Both the position numbers and the translations under genes were made by a program. Below are positions 47,405 to 57,092 of a DNA stretch of 64,000 nt, piece after piece. The notes beneath the pieces were generated by a model that worked only from the letters and a program-made list of their open reading frames with translations, was not told where the DNA came from and searched no databases. Each line of letters starts with the position of its first letter. Position 1 is the first letter of the stretch. Source of the stretch: Ilumatobacter sp. (GTDB lineage: Bacteria > Actinomycetota > Acidimicrobiia > Acidimicrobiales > Ilumatobacteraceae); NCBI GenBank assembly GCA_002711735.1, contig PASB01000054.1:8044-72043 (forward strand). The letters run 5' to 3'.

Positions 47405-48606
47405 GCCACGATTTCGACACCCCTGGAGCGCAGAGTTGCCCGTTCATGCCGGTGTTCGGTCCACCTTCGATCATGTTCGAGCGGGGAAGTGGCACCGAGC
47501 TGTGGGACTCGAACGGCAAGCGCTACCTCGACTTTCTGGCTGGTATCGCTGTGACATCGCTCGGTCACAGCCACCCAGCAATCGCACAGGCAATCAGTGA
47601 CCAGGCAACACGATTGCTGCATGTGTCGAACTTCTTTGCCAACCCGATGGCAACAGAGGCCGCGATCAAGATCAACCGCTTGCTGCTTGACGCGACGGAC
47701 CAACACGGGCAGATTTTCTTCACTAACTCGGGCGCCGAGTCCAACGAGTGTGCGTTGAAGCTCGCGCGCAAGCAGGGCGGCCGAGGGCGGCACACCGTCG
47801 TGAGCGCGCTCGGCAGCTTTCATGGGCGTACCTTGGCGTCGCTGGCAGCTACGGGGCAGCCAACGAAACACGAGCCGTTCTTCCCGATGCCTGACGGGTT
47901 TAAGCACGTCGCGTGGGGAGACCTCGACGCGATGCGCGCAGCGGTCGATGGTTCGGTTGCTGCCGTGCTGATCGAGTCGGTGCAAGGCGAGGGTGGGGTC
48001 AATCCGGCTACGACCGAGTACCTGCGAGGTATCCGCGAACTCTGCGACGAGACCGGTGCGTTGATGATGGTCGATGAAATTCAGACCGGATTTGCCCGCA
48101 CCGGTAGATGGTTTGGGTTCGAGCATGCAGGGGTTAGCCCGGATGTGGTCACCTTGGCCAAGGCAATGGGCAATGGGATGCCCGTCGGTGCTTGCTGGGC
48201 GCGTGCCGATGTCGCTGCTGTCTTCGAGCCCGGTGATCATGGCAGCACGTACTCTGGGACTGCCATTGCTACGGCAGCGGTCAACGCCACGATCGACGAG
48301 ATGCTCCGCATCGATGCGCCGGCGCTCGCCGTTGCCACCGGGGCGAAGCTAGTGACTGCGCTCCTTAAACTTGACGGCGTAGACGGCGTCCGTGGGCATG
48401 GGCTGATGCTCGGAGTCGAACTTGCTGATGGAATCGATGCGCGAGTCGCCTACGCAGATCTTCTCGAAGCTGGACTCATTGTGAACGCTGTCAATCCCAC
48501 CACGATTCGTCTCATCCCGCCACTGAACATCAGCGATGCGGAGGTGGCTGAGGCCGTGGCGATGATCGGATCCGCGCTTGACGAACAGATCGCAGCAGGC
48601 TCATGA
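47401..48606 (+). CDS. argD: Acetylornithine aminotransferase
   Basis: NSGAE, FHGRT, QGEGG, DEIQTG, TLAK, HGST. Confidence 0.96.
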   Translation: MSHDFDTPGAQSCPFMPVFGPPSIMFERGSGTELWDSNGKRYLDFLAGIAVTSLGHSHPAIAQAISDQATRLLHVSNFFANPMATEAAIKINRLLLDATDQHGQIFFTNSGAESNECALKLARKQGGRGRHTVVSALGSFHGRTLASLAATGQPTKHEPFFPMPDGFKHVAWGDLDAMRAAVDGSVAAVLIESVQGEGGVNPATTEYLRGIRELCDETGALMMVDEIQTGFARTGRWFGFEHAGVSPDVVTLAKAMGNGMPVGACWARADVAAVFEPGDHGSTYSGTAIATAAVNATIDEMLRIDAPALAVATGAKLVTALLKLDGVDGVRGHGLMLGVELADGIDARVAYADLLEAGLIVNAVNPTTIRLIPPLNISDAEVAEAVAMIGSALDEQIAAGS

Positions 48607-49508
48607 CCCGCCACCTCATCGACATTGCGGACTTCAGCGCCGCTGAGGTCTCGGCGATGCTTGACCTCGCCGAGGTCCCGCTGGCCGACTTGCCTCGGCC
48701 GCTCACGGGCCAAGGTGCGGCGCTGATCTTTGAAAAGCCGTCGGCTAGGACTCGGCATTCGATGGAAATGGCGGTCGTCCAGCTCGGTGGCCACCCGGTG
48801 TTCACACGCGGCGAAGAAGTTGGATTCGACATACGCGAGCCGGTCGAAGACGTGGCGCGGATCATGGAAGGATTCCACGCGTTGATCGCCGCCCGCGTGT
48901 ACGACCACTCGACCATCATCCGGCTCGCCGATGTTGCGAACGTGCCCGTTGTCAACATGCTCAGCGATCATTCCCATCCGTTGCAGGCCTTCGCTGATGC
49001 GCTGACGATGCGTCAGCACCTCGGAGACCTCGCAGGCCTAACGGTGGCGTACGTCGGTGATTACAACAACGTCGCTCGATCGCTGGCTGAAATCTCAGCC
49101 CGACTGGGGATGCACATCCGCCTCGCTTGCCCGCTCGGCTTCGAAGCCGACGACGCTGAGATTGACCGCATTCTCCTGCTCGGCGCCGCATCAGTTGAAC
49201 AGGGCAACCGACCAATCGAGATGGTTGTCGGGGCTCGCGCAGTGCACACCGATACTTGGGTGTCTATGGGTGAAGAAGCGGACAAAGAAGCCAAGCGGCA
49301 GAAGTTCGACGGCTTCACCGTGGACGACGCCATGATGGACGCTGCCGGTCCCGCATCAATCTTCATGCATTGCCTGCCGGCCTACCGCGGCTTCGAAGTC
49401 ACAGCATCGGTCATCGACGGCCCACGCTCAGTCGTGTTTCAGCAGGGGCACAACCGGATGCACGCCGCACGGGGCGCACTTGCGTTCTTGATGGGGGTGG
49501 AGACATGA
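48603..49508 (+). CDS. argF: Ornithine carbamoyltransferase
   Basis: FEKPSARTR, HPLQ, WVSMG, HCLP. Confidence 0.96.
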   Translation: MTRHLIDIADFSAAEVSAMLDLAEVPLADLPRPLTGQGAALIFEKPSARTRHSMEMAVVQLGGHPVFTRGEEVGFDIREPVEDVARIMEGFHALIAARVYDHSTIIRLADVANVPVVNMLSDHSHPLQAFADALTMRQHLGDLAGLTVAYVGDYNNVARSLAEISARLGMHIRLACPLGFEADDAEIDRILLLGAASVEQGNRPIEMVVGARAVHTDTWVSMGEEADKEAKRQKFDGFTVDDAMMDAAGPASIFMHCLPAYRGFEVTASVIDGPRSVVFQQGHNRMHAARGALAFLMGVET

Positions 49509-49969
49509 CCAGCAAGGTGCAGCGCCAAACCCTCATTGTGCGACTCATTGGCGATCATGAAGTGACGAGCCAACCCGATCTGATCGACCTGCTGGCGGCT
49601 GAAGGCATCGACGCCACGCAAGCAACGGTGTCGCGCGACCTCGATGACATCGGCGCAGTCAAGGTGCGGGTCCCCGGGGGAAACACGGTGTACGCCATTC
49701 CAGAATTTGCACCTGACCGGATTGCACCGGTTGATCAGCTGCGGCGCGTGATGGGGGAGTGGGTTGCCGAAGTGGCGGTGTCCGGCAACATTGTGGTGTT
49801 ACGCACTCCGCCCGGGTGTGCTCACGTCGTGGCCTCAGCGCTCGACCGCAGCCGGCCCGACGGTCTGCTCGGCACCGTGGCTGGTGACGACACGCTGATT
49901 TGCATTTCGGTTAACGCCGATGGCACAGATCTCTGCAACGACTTGAAAGACTGCGCTGGACTCGACTGA
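49505..49969 (+). CDS. argR: Arginine repressor
   Basis: SQ..L, TQATVSRDL, RTPPG.A, GTVAGDDT. Confidence 0.98.
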   Translation: MTSKVQRQTLIVRLIGDHEVTSQPDLIDLLAAEGIDATQATVSRDLDDIGAVKVRVPGGNTVYAIPEFAPDRIAPVDQLRRVMGEWVAEVAVSGNIVVLRTPPGCAHVVASALDRSRPDGLLGTVAGDDTLICISVNADGTDLCNDLKDCAGLD

Positions 49970-50001
49970 GTCGACGGCGAACGGCGGACTGAAAGGCCTC
50001 C

Positions 50002-51453
50002 ATGGATCTCGATGACAAGAATGAATTCGCGCGCGACGCACACTTGCCGGAACAGGCCAAGACGTTATGGCACGGTCGTTTCACCGGTGGCCCGTCAGAG
50101 TCGCTGCTGGCCTACACCGTCAGCCTTCCGTACGACCAGCGAATGTGGCGCGACGACATCGCCGGTTCCAAGGGCCACGTTCGAGGACTTGCCCGCGTAG
50201 GGTTGCTGACCGAGGACGAGCGCAACGCGATTCTCGGTGCACTCGACCAAGTCGCTGACGAGATTGAGGGCAGTGGGTTCCATTTTGTCGATAGTGACGA
50301 GGACATCCACACCGCCATCGAACGCCGAGTCACCGAGATTGCCGGAGCAGCAGGCGGCAAGCTCCACACCGCCCGCAGCCGAAACGACCAGGTGGCCACC
50401 GCCTTTCGGCTTTGGTGTAAGCGCGAACTGAAAGATGTCGCCATCCGCCTCATCGAGATGCAGGAAGCCTTGCTTGACCAAGCGCTTGAGGCAGGCGACG
50501 CGTACCTGCCCGGCTACACCCACCTGCAACGCGCCCAACCAGTGTTGCTCTCGCACCATTTGATGGCACACGGGTGGGCGCTGGGCCGTGATGTCAGCCG
50601 ACTCGTTGACACGTTGCATCGCCTCGACGTGTCACCGCTTGGAGCCGGCGCGCTCGCCGGCTCGTCGCTCCCGATCGACCCTGTCGGCAATGCCGCAGAC
50701 CTCGGTTTTGCCAAGCCATTCGACAACAGCCTCGATGCAGTGAGTGACCGGGATTTCGTGGCCGAGGCCGTGTTCAACCTTGCGCTGATCGGCATCCACC
50801 TCTCCCGCATCGGAGAGGAGTGGGTGCTTTGGACCTCAGGCGAGTTCGGCTTTGCTCGGCTCGACGACGGCTATGCCACCGGCTCGTCGATGTTGCCCCA
50901 GAAGAAGAACCCCGACATCGCGGAATTGGCTCGCGGGAAGAGCGGTCGTCTGATCGGCAATCTGACTGGTTTGTTAGCCACGCTCAAGGGGCTGCCGTTG
51001 GCGTACAACCGGGACCTCCAGGAAGATAAGGAGCCGCTGTTCGACTCCGTCGACCAAGTTACGCTCGCGGTCGCCGCATTGACCGGGATGATTGCCACGG
51101 CAACATTCAACACCGACGCAATGGCAGCATCCGCTGATGAGGAGACCATGGCTGCGACCGACCTCGCTGAGTTTCTCGTGCGTGACGGTATGCCGTTCCG
51201 AGATGCGCACGCTGTCGTCGGTAGCCATGTGCAGGCGTGTCTCGCCGGCAAAGGACGCTTGGCCGACCTCGTCGCAGCTGACCCAGTACTCGGGCCAGAC
51301 GCAGCAGCACTGGTCCGTCCGGGCGTGGGTGTCCAGATGCGGACCTCGCGTGGGGCTGCTGGGCCGGCGGCGCGGGACGAGCAGGTGGCGTCGTATCGCA
51401 CCATGCTCGCCGATGAGATCACCGCAATCCGAGACCTCGCTCCGGTCGACTGA
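50002..51453 (+). CDS. argH: Argininosuccinate lyase
   Basis: LWHGRF, EDIH, RSRNDQ, GYTHLQRAQ, TGSSMLPQKKNPD. Confidence 0.98.
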   Translation: MDLDDKNEFARDAHLPEQAKTLWHGRFTGGPSESLLAYTVSLPYDQRMWRDDIAGSKGHVRGLARVGLLTEDERNAILGALDQVADEIEGSGFHFVDSDEDIHTAIERRVTEIAGAAGGKLHTARSRNDQVATAFRLWCKRELKDVAIRLIEMQEALLDQALEAGDAYLPGYTHLQRAQPVLLSHHLMAHGWALGRDVSRLVDTLHRLDVSPLGAGALAGSSLPIDPVGNAADLGFAKPFDNSLDAVSDRDFVAEAVFNLALIGIHLSRIGEEWVLWTSGEFGFARLDDGYATGSSMLPQKKNPDIAELARGKSGRLIGNLTGLLATLKGLPLAYNRDLQEDKEPLFDSVDQVTLAVAALTGMIATATFNTDAMAASADEETMAATDLAEFLVRDGMPFRDAHAVVGSHVQACLAGKGRLADLVAADPVLGPDAAALVRPGVGVQMRTSRGAAGPAARDEQVASYRTMLADEITAIRDLAPVD

Positions 51454-52065
51454 GTGCCTGGCCTGGCGCAAAAGATCGACCGAGCGTGGTTCGAGCGTGA
51501 CGCGCCCGAGGTCGCGCCAGACCTGCTGGGGAAATGCCTGGTCGTCGATGTCGCCGGAATCATGTGCAGCGGCCGGATCATTGAGGTCGAGGCCTATATG
51601 CCTGATGATCCGGCGAGTCACACGTTCAACGGAGAAACGTCGCGCAACGCGGTGATGTTCGGCCCGGCCGGGCATCTCTACGTTTACCTCAGCTACGGCA
51701 TCCACCAGTGCGCCAACGTCGTGACAGGTCCGATCGGAAGCGGACAAGCGGTCTTGATCCGTGCCGTCGAGCCCACCGAAGGTTTTGGCGCGATGCGTCG
51801 ACGGCGTGTGGGACGCTCCGACGCCGACTTGGCCAATGGTCCGGGCAAGCTCTGTCAGGCGTTGGGCATTGGGGCCCATCACGACGGAGCAGACCTGCTT
51901 GACGGGCCCGTTGCCATTGTCGACGACGGAAAACCGCCGCCGCTCGTGCCCCGCAGCGGGCCACGCGTTGGCATTACCAAGGGCATCGAAACCCCCTGGC
52001 GTTTTCGCGTTCCGGCCGGGCCGGCCGACGAGGTCAGTACTGCGACCCTTCGCTCTTCAGCCTGA
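51454..52065 (+). CDS. mpg: 3-methyladenine DNA glycosylase (AAG/MPG family)
   Basis: IIEVEAY, DPASH, MFGPAG, YGIH, AVLIRA, NGPGKL, RVGI, PWRF. Confidence 0.95.
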   Translation: MPGLAQKIDRAWFERDAPEVAPDLLGKCLVVDVAGIMCSGRIIEVEAYMPDDPASHTFNGETSRNAVMFGPAGHLYVYLSYGIHQCANVVTGPIGSGQAVLIRAVEPTEGFGAMRRRRVGRSDADLANGPGKLCQALGIGAHHDGADLLDGPVAIVDDGKPPPLVPRSGPRVGITKGIETPWRFRVPAGPADEVSTATLRSSA

Positions 52066-52178
52066 GCGGGAGCCGTGACTGTCACGGTGACTGACGCCGG
52101 TGTGCCGAAGCACAGGGCGAGCATGGTGGAGCACGGCCGTCTCTTCGTGGCGACTTCGTCGGCAGTAACTTCGCGCTG

Positions 52179-53087
52179 ATGAAGAGCTTTGCAGGCAAAG
52201 TTGCAGTCGTCACGGGGGGCGGCACTGGCATGGGCCGAGAACTGGTGGTCCAACTGGCTGCCGCTGGCGCCCACGTGTCGATGTGTGATCTTTCTGACGA
52301 GCGGATGCAGGAAACCGCGACGCTAGCTCGCGCTACCGCGCCGGCTTCCGATATTCGGATCTCGACCCATGTTTGCGACGTGAGCGACGAGGCTGCGATG
52401 CTCCTCTTCCGTGACGCTGTACTAGCGGCTCACGATACCGAGCACATCAACTTGTTGTTTAACAATGCTGGTCTGAGCGGTGGCGGAAGCGTGGTCACGG
52501 ACACGCGAGAGAGCTGGGACCGGTGCTTCGATATTTGTTTCAACGGTGTGCGCTGGGGTGTTCTAGCGTTCTTGGACGCGTTGATTGCATCTGATGAGGG
52601 GCACATCGTCAATACTTCAAGCGTGAATGGCTTCTGGGCCTCGATCGGTCCTGACCGGCCGCACACGGCGTACTCCGCAGCAAAGTTCGCCGTGAAGGGC
52701 TTTACCGAAGCGTTGATCACCGACATGGCAGTCAACGCGCCGCATGTGCTGGTCTCGGTCGTGATGCCTGGTCACATCGGCACGTCGATTGTTCAAAATT
52801 CAATGAACTTTGGAACCCGGAACCTCAACGATGAAGAACGTGAACTGATGGCGGTCGCTGATCAGATGTTCCACGACAACGCCCCCATGACCGCAGTCGA
52901 GGCAGCCACGGTCATCCTCGCTGACGTCCTCGCTGAACGCTGGCGGATTCTTGTCGGTGACGATGCCTACGCCCTCGACAGCGCAGTTCGATTAAACCCC
53001 GAAGCTGCGTACGACAACTCGATGAGCGAAATCTTGTTCGCCGAGCTCAACGCGGCGCGTCAGCACTCCAGCTACCTTCCGGAGTGA
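52179..53087 (+). CDS. Short-chain dehydrogenase/reductase
   Basis: TGGGTGMG, NNAG, NTSS, YSAAK. Confidence 0.95.
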   Translation: MKSFAGKVAVVTGGGTGMGRELVVQLAAAGAHVSMCDLSDERMQETATLARATAPASDIRISTHVCDVSDEAAMLLFRDAVLAAHDTEHINLLFNNAGLSGGGSVVTDTRESWDRCFDICFNGVRWGVLAFLDALIASDEGHIVNTSSVNGFWASIGPDRPHTAYSAAKFAVKGFTEALITDMAVNAPHVLVSVVMPGHIGTSIVQNSMNFGTRNLNDEERELMAVADQMFHDNAPMTAVEAATVILADVLAERWRILVGDDAYALDSAVRLNPEAAYDNSMSEILFAELNAARQHSSYLPE

Positions 53088-53108
53088 ACAGCGAAGCGTG
53101 TTATCAGA

Positions 53109-54194
53109 TCAACGCCAATGCATCCAGAATCCGTGTGGATGACATTCCGCGAGATGACGGACGGTGCGGATGCCGTCACGCCATGTGGTGAGGAGAAGTT
53201 GGGTTCGCTCGTTCTCAGCGATCTCGCAGGGCCAGGGTAGTCCAGCGGTGAGTGCCGGCGCCTCCGCAGCGATCCACGACAGGTTGCTCGCAGCGCCGAT
53301 GTGTTCGAGCTCGTACATGAATGCGTCGCGATCGCTGTCGTGGAGATAGTTGAGAACCCACGAGTTGATGATTACCGGATGACCTAGCGGGCGGACGCGC
53401 GCAAGAGCTTTCGATATTTCAGCCACAAGATCACCTTTCACAATACGAGGAGGATCAATTCTGGCCAGTTCGATGGCGGAGCGGAGATGACGAAAACGTT
53501 CGAGTTGGTCCGGCCAGACACAAGCCTCGAGCCAGCGTGCCTGCTCGGCATTGGTGACATCAATTGGATTTACGTCGATACCTAGCCGTCCTGCGATCGA
53601 CGGGAGTCTGGCGGGAATCGGCACCGCACCGCGCGTGGACGTAGTTAGAGAAACGGTCGAACTTGCACCCACCGTTGATGCCAGCGACCCATTGTCGGGC
53701 TCGTAAAGATACGTGAACTTGTCAAGCAAAAGGTTCACCCCGCCACTTGTACCGACATCGACCATCGTCACGGCTCCAACCTCTTGGGTAATCATGCCGA
53801 GCGGTGGGAGAAACAGGAGAGAACGGCCGACCTCATTCGTCTGGGTTGACCGGGTCGACACCAGCTGCTTGATCTCGTTGAGGTGATCGCGGACGAACGC
53901 CAAGAAAGTTGGCATCAGCTCGTCATCTTGTGGCAAGCGCGGCACAGATCGGAGGTTCGGATACCAGTCGGCGAGTGGGTGGGTCGGTTCGGCAAGCAAC
54001 AGTGAGTGGATACTCGCGAACAGGAGTACCGGAAGTCGTTGACTTGGTGGGGCGTCGAGGAGTAATCGGTGAAGGCTCGGGTCCGCTGTAATGCCGGCCG
54101 AAAGAGATGCGTAGAGCGGGGCTCGCGGGAGCGAAGTGACCGAGAACTCAGCAAAACGTCGCTTGAGTTCGAACTCGTCACTCAAGTCATCCAT
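53109..54194 (-). CDS. DUF2332-like protein
   Basis: PLY, P.LLFA..H, TQTNEVGR, G.S.G.NL..D, WL.ACVWP, HPHG.W. Confidence 0.82.
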   Translation of the reverse strand: MDDLSDEFELKRRFAEFSVTSLPRAPLYASLSAGITADPSLHRLLLDAPPSQRLPVLLFASIHSLLLAEPTHPLADWYPNLRSVPRLPQDDELMPTFLAFVRDHLNEIKQLVSTRSTQTNEVGRSLLFLPPLGMITQEVGAVTMVDVGTSGGVNLLLDKFTYLYEPDNGSLASTVGASSTVSLTTSTRGAVPIPARLPSIAGRLGIDVNPIDVTNAEQARWLEACVWPDQLERFRHLRSAIELARIDPPRIVKGDLVAEISKALARVRPLGHPVIINSWVLNYLHDSDRDAFMYELEHIGAASNLSWIAAEAPALTAGLPWPCEIAENERTQLLLTTWRDGIRTVRHLAECHPHGFWMHWR

Positions 54195-54220
54195 AAGGCG
54201 AGAGTAACCTTCATCCTGTT

Positions 54221-55498
54221 ATGACTCTCGTGAACGGCGACCTAATCGCAGACCTCGAAGCCCGCAACCTCATCCACGATTCGACTGAACGCGACTACCT
54301 GCGGACACAGCTCGCCGAAGGTCCGACCGGTGTCTACTACGGATGCGACCCAACGGCGGACAGTCTCCACGTAGGCAACCTCATCGGCTTGGTGGTGCTC
54401 CGCCGGTTTCAAGACGCCGGCCATCGGGCAATTGCATTAGCCGGCGGTGCCACCGGCATGGTCGGTGACCCGGGCGGGCGATCCGAAGAGCGGAATCTGC
54501 TCGACGAAGAGACATTGACGTACAACGTCGCCAAGATCAAAGAGCAGCTTGGCCGCATCGTTGATCTGACCGACGAGCGGCGCGGCATGCTGGTCGACAA
54601 CCGCGACTGGACGCAACCGATCACGGTCCTTGACTTTCTCCGTGATGTTGGAAAGCACGTCACGGTTAATCAAATGCTGGCTCGCGAAAGCATCAAGGTT
54701 CGGATCAACTCCGAGCATGGCATTTCGTTTACCGAGTTCAGCTACATGCTGCTCCAGGCAAACGATTACCTGTGGCTGTTCGACAATTTCGGCTGCACAA
54801 TTCAAGTCGGTGGTTCTGACCAGTGGGGCAACATCATTTCTGGTGTCGACCTCATTCGACGCAAACGTCAAGCACACGTGCATGCCTTCTCTTGGCCACT
54901 CCTGACATCCTCTGACGGAACTAAACTCGGCAAGACGACGGGGGCGCGGGTGTGGCTGGATCCGGCCAAGACCAGCCCATACCAGTTTCGTCAGCACTGG
55001 ATGCAGACAGCAGACGACGACGTTGAGGCGCAGCTCCTGACCTTCTCGCTTCGGCCGGTCGCCGAGATTCGAGCTATCGCCGCCCGTCACGCAGAGGCTC
55101 CGCAGTTAAGACTAGGTCAGAAGACGTTGGCTGATGACATGGTCACACTCGTCCATGGCGGGGCAGCCGCAACTGCAGCGAACGAGGCGGCCGACTTGCT
55201 GTTTAGCAAGGATCCGACCGGAGCCTCCGCAGCAGCGTTCGAGACCCTCGCCTGCGAGATCCCGCACAGTCGGATGCGCGTCAGTGAACTCGATGACACC
55301 GTTGGGGTCCTAGTAGCCACGGAGCTCGCACAATCCAACGGCGACGCGCGTCGCACGCTGGCCCAACGCGCAATCTACGCCAATGGGGTGCAGCTCAGTG
55401 AAAAAGACCAGCTCAGTGGCCAGAAACTGCTCCATGGGCGGTATCTGCTTTTGCGCAAGGGGAAAAAGTCTCACCACCTCGTCGAAATAGATCATTGA
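54221..55498 (+). CDS. tyrS: Tyrosine--tRNA ligase
   Basis: GCDPTADSLHVGN, EFSY.LLQ..D, QVGGSDQWGN, KLGKT, S4 domain RKGKK. Confidence 0.99.
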   Translation: MTLVNGDLIADLEARNLIHDSTERDYLRTQLAEGPTGVYYGCDPTADSLHVGNLIGLVVLRRFQDAGHRAIALAGGATGMVGDPGGRSEERNLLDEETLTYNVAKIKEQLGRIVDLTDERRGMLVDNRDWTQPITVLDFLRDVGKHVTVNQMLARESIKVRINSEHGISFTEFSYMLLQANDYLWLFDNFGCTIQVGGSDQWGNIISGVDLIRRKRQAHVHAFSWPLLTSSDGTKLGKTTGARVWLDPAKTSPYQFRQHWMQTADDDVEAQLLTFSLRPVAEIRAIAARHAEAPQLRLGQKTLADDMVTLVHGGAAATAANEAADLLFSKDPTGASAAAFETLACEIPHSRMRVSELDDTVGVLVATELAQSNGDARRTLAQRAIYANGVQLSEKDQLSGQKLLHGRYLLLRKGKKSHHLVEIDH

Positions 55499-55571
55499 GG
55501 AAGCCCGTGCCGGACCCCCAAAACACCCAAACAAACACAAACGTGTGTGGGGCGACGTAGCATCTTGGGCC

Positions 55572-56621
55572 ATGCCTGGTGACCAATCCTCAAGTTCCTC
55601 GCGCGGCAGCGAGTCGGGTTCTGGAGTTGGCAGTCCTAGTTCTGGAAGTTCGTCAGGCGGATCACGGAACAATGGCGGCAGCAATGGCCGTGGTGGATAT
55701 GAAGGCGATGCAAATCGATCCGACCGGCGTGATGGCAAAGGCTCCGGTCGCGAAAATCGGTCTAAACAAGAACGACCTCAGCTGACAGAGGCCGACCGCC
55801 GCTCGATGGACGTGAAACGTCGACGTGGTCCGAAGCCCGAAATTGACCCTGCCATAGCAAAGGAACAAGAACGCGCCAAGATCGAGGCTCGTACGACCGA
55901 GCAGTGGATCGACGAGGGCTCGGTTCGGGGTCCAGCGAAAAGTGCAACGCAGCGAGCTGGTTCTTCAGGACGAGCGCCACGCGAGGCGCCTGAACTCGAC
56001 CCTGTGATTACTGCGCAACTAAACGACGCGCTAGGGACCCAGCGGGGAGCCCGGTTGTCGGAGCGGCTAGCACAGGCGAGCGAAGCTCTCGACCGGGAGC
56101 GTTTCGACGAAGCGAAGCGGATTGCTACGTCTATCGCCAAAGAGGCACCCGGTGTCGCTGCCGCTCACGAAGTCGTCGGCCTAGCGAATTACCGTCTTGG
56201 CAGGTACAAACAAGCAGCTGCTGCGCTGGAGAGTGCGCATGACTTGCACGAGAACCAAGAGATTTTACCACCGCTCGCCGACTGCTACCGAGCGCTTGAA
56301 CGCTGGTCGGCAGTTGAGCGCGTGTGGTTGCTCATTCGCGAGTCCTCACCGCGCCACGAGATCCTGGCTGAGGGCCGGATTGTTGCTGCTGGTGCGCTCG
56401 CAGATCGCGGCAATCTTTCAGCCGCAATCGAGATGATGATGCCTGCGATAAAGAAGACCAAGTCAGTCAAGGACCACCATCTCCGCCAGTGGTACGTGCT
56501 GGCAGACTTCTACGACCGACTAAATGACCCAATCAAAGCGCGCCGCTGGTTTGCAACAATCGCCGAGATTGACCCAGAGTACTTTGACGTGCAGACCCGC
56601 TTGCGTCACATCGGGCGCTAG
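55572..56621 (+). CDS. Tetratricopeptide-repeat protein with low-complexity N-terminus
   Basis: Ser/Gly/Arg-rich N-terminus; A.E..GLA.Y..G.Y..A, LP.LADCYRAL, E.RIV.AGA..D TPR helices; follows tyrS as in other actinobacteria. Confidence 0.85.
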   Translation: MPGDQSSSSSRGSESGSGVGSPSSGSSSGGSRNNGGSNGRGGYEGDANRSDRRDGKGSGRENRSKQERPQLTEADRRSMDVKRRRGPKPEIDPAIAKEQERAKIEARTTEQWIDEGSVRGPAKSATQRAGSSGRAPREAPELDPVITAQLNDALGTQRGARLSERLAQASEALDRERFDEAKRIATSIAKEAPGVAAAHEVVGLANYRLGRYKQAAAALESAHDLHENQEILPPLADCYRALERWSAVERVWLLIRESSPRHEILAEGRIVAAGALADRGNLSAAIEMMMPAIKKTKSVKDHHLRQWYVLADFYDRLNDPIKARRWFATIAEIDPEYFDVQTRLRHIGR

Positions 56622-56654
56622 CGGTCAGGATTACCGGAGTACCATGCTCCTTTG

Positions 56655-57092
56655 ATGGGGAGTTTGCAATTTCGAGCTGGAACTGTCGCCGTGGTGTCGA
56701 ATTCCAAGGGCCGCGTCCTGGCGTTCCAGCGCACCGATTATCCCGGCCAGTGGCAATTACCTCAGGGCGGCATTGATAAAGGTGAGTCGGCGGTCGAGGG
56801 CGCCTGGCGGGAGTTGAAAGAGGAAACGGGGCTCGGCCGCCAACACGTCCGTCTCGTCGGCGAATATCCAGACTGGACGGTGTACGAGTGGCCCGATGGC
56901 GCCAAACGCGGGGCGCGTTTGGGGCAAGCTCAGCGTTGGTTTTTCTTCGAGGCCTGGGACGATGAAGTTGAGCCGACACCTGACGGCGTCGAGTTCGATG
57001 ACTGGAAGTGGGTAAAAGTGCCCTGGCTGGTCGACCAAGTGGTCGAGTTCCGTAAGTCCTCGTATCAGCGCGCTCTCAGCGCACTCTTATGA
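56655..57092 (+). CDS. Nudix hydrolase, RppH/Ap4A-hydrolase-like
   Basis: WQLPQGGIDKGESAVEGAWRELKEETGL Nudix box, GQAQRWF, EF..W.W, FRK..Y. Confidence 0.88.
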   Translation: MGSLQFRAGTVAVVSNSKGRVLAFQRTDYPGQWQLPQGGIDKGESAVEGAWRELKEETGLGRQHVRLVGEYPDWTVYEWPDGAKRGARLGQAQRWFFFEAWDDEVEPTPDGVEFDDWKWVKVPWLVDQVVEFRKSSYQRALSALL

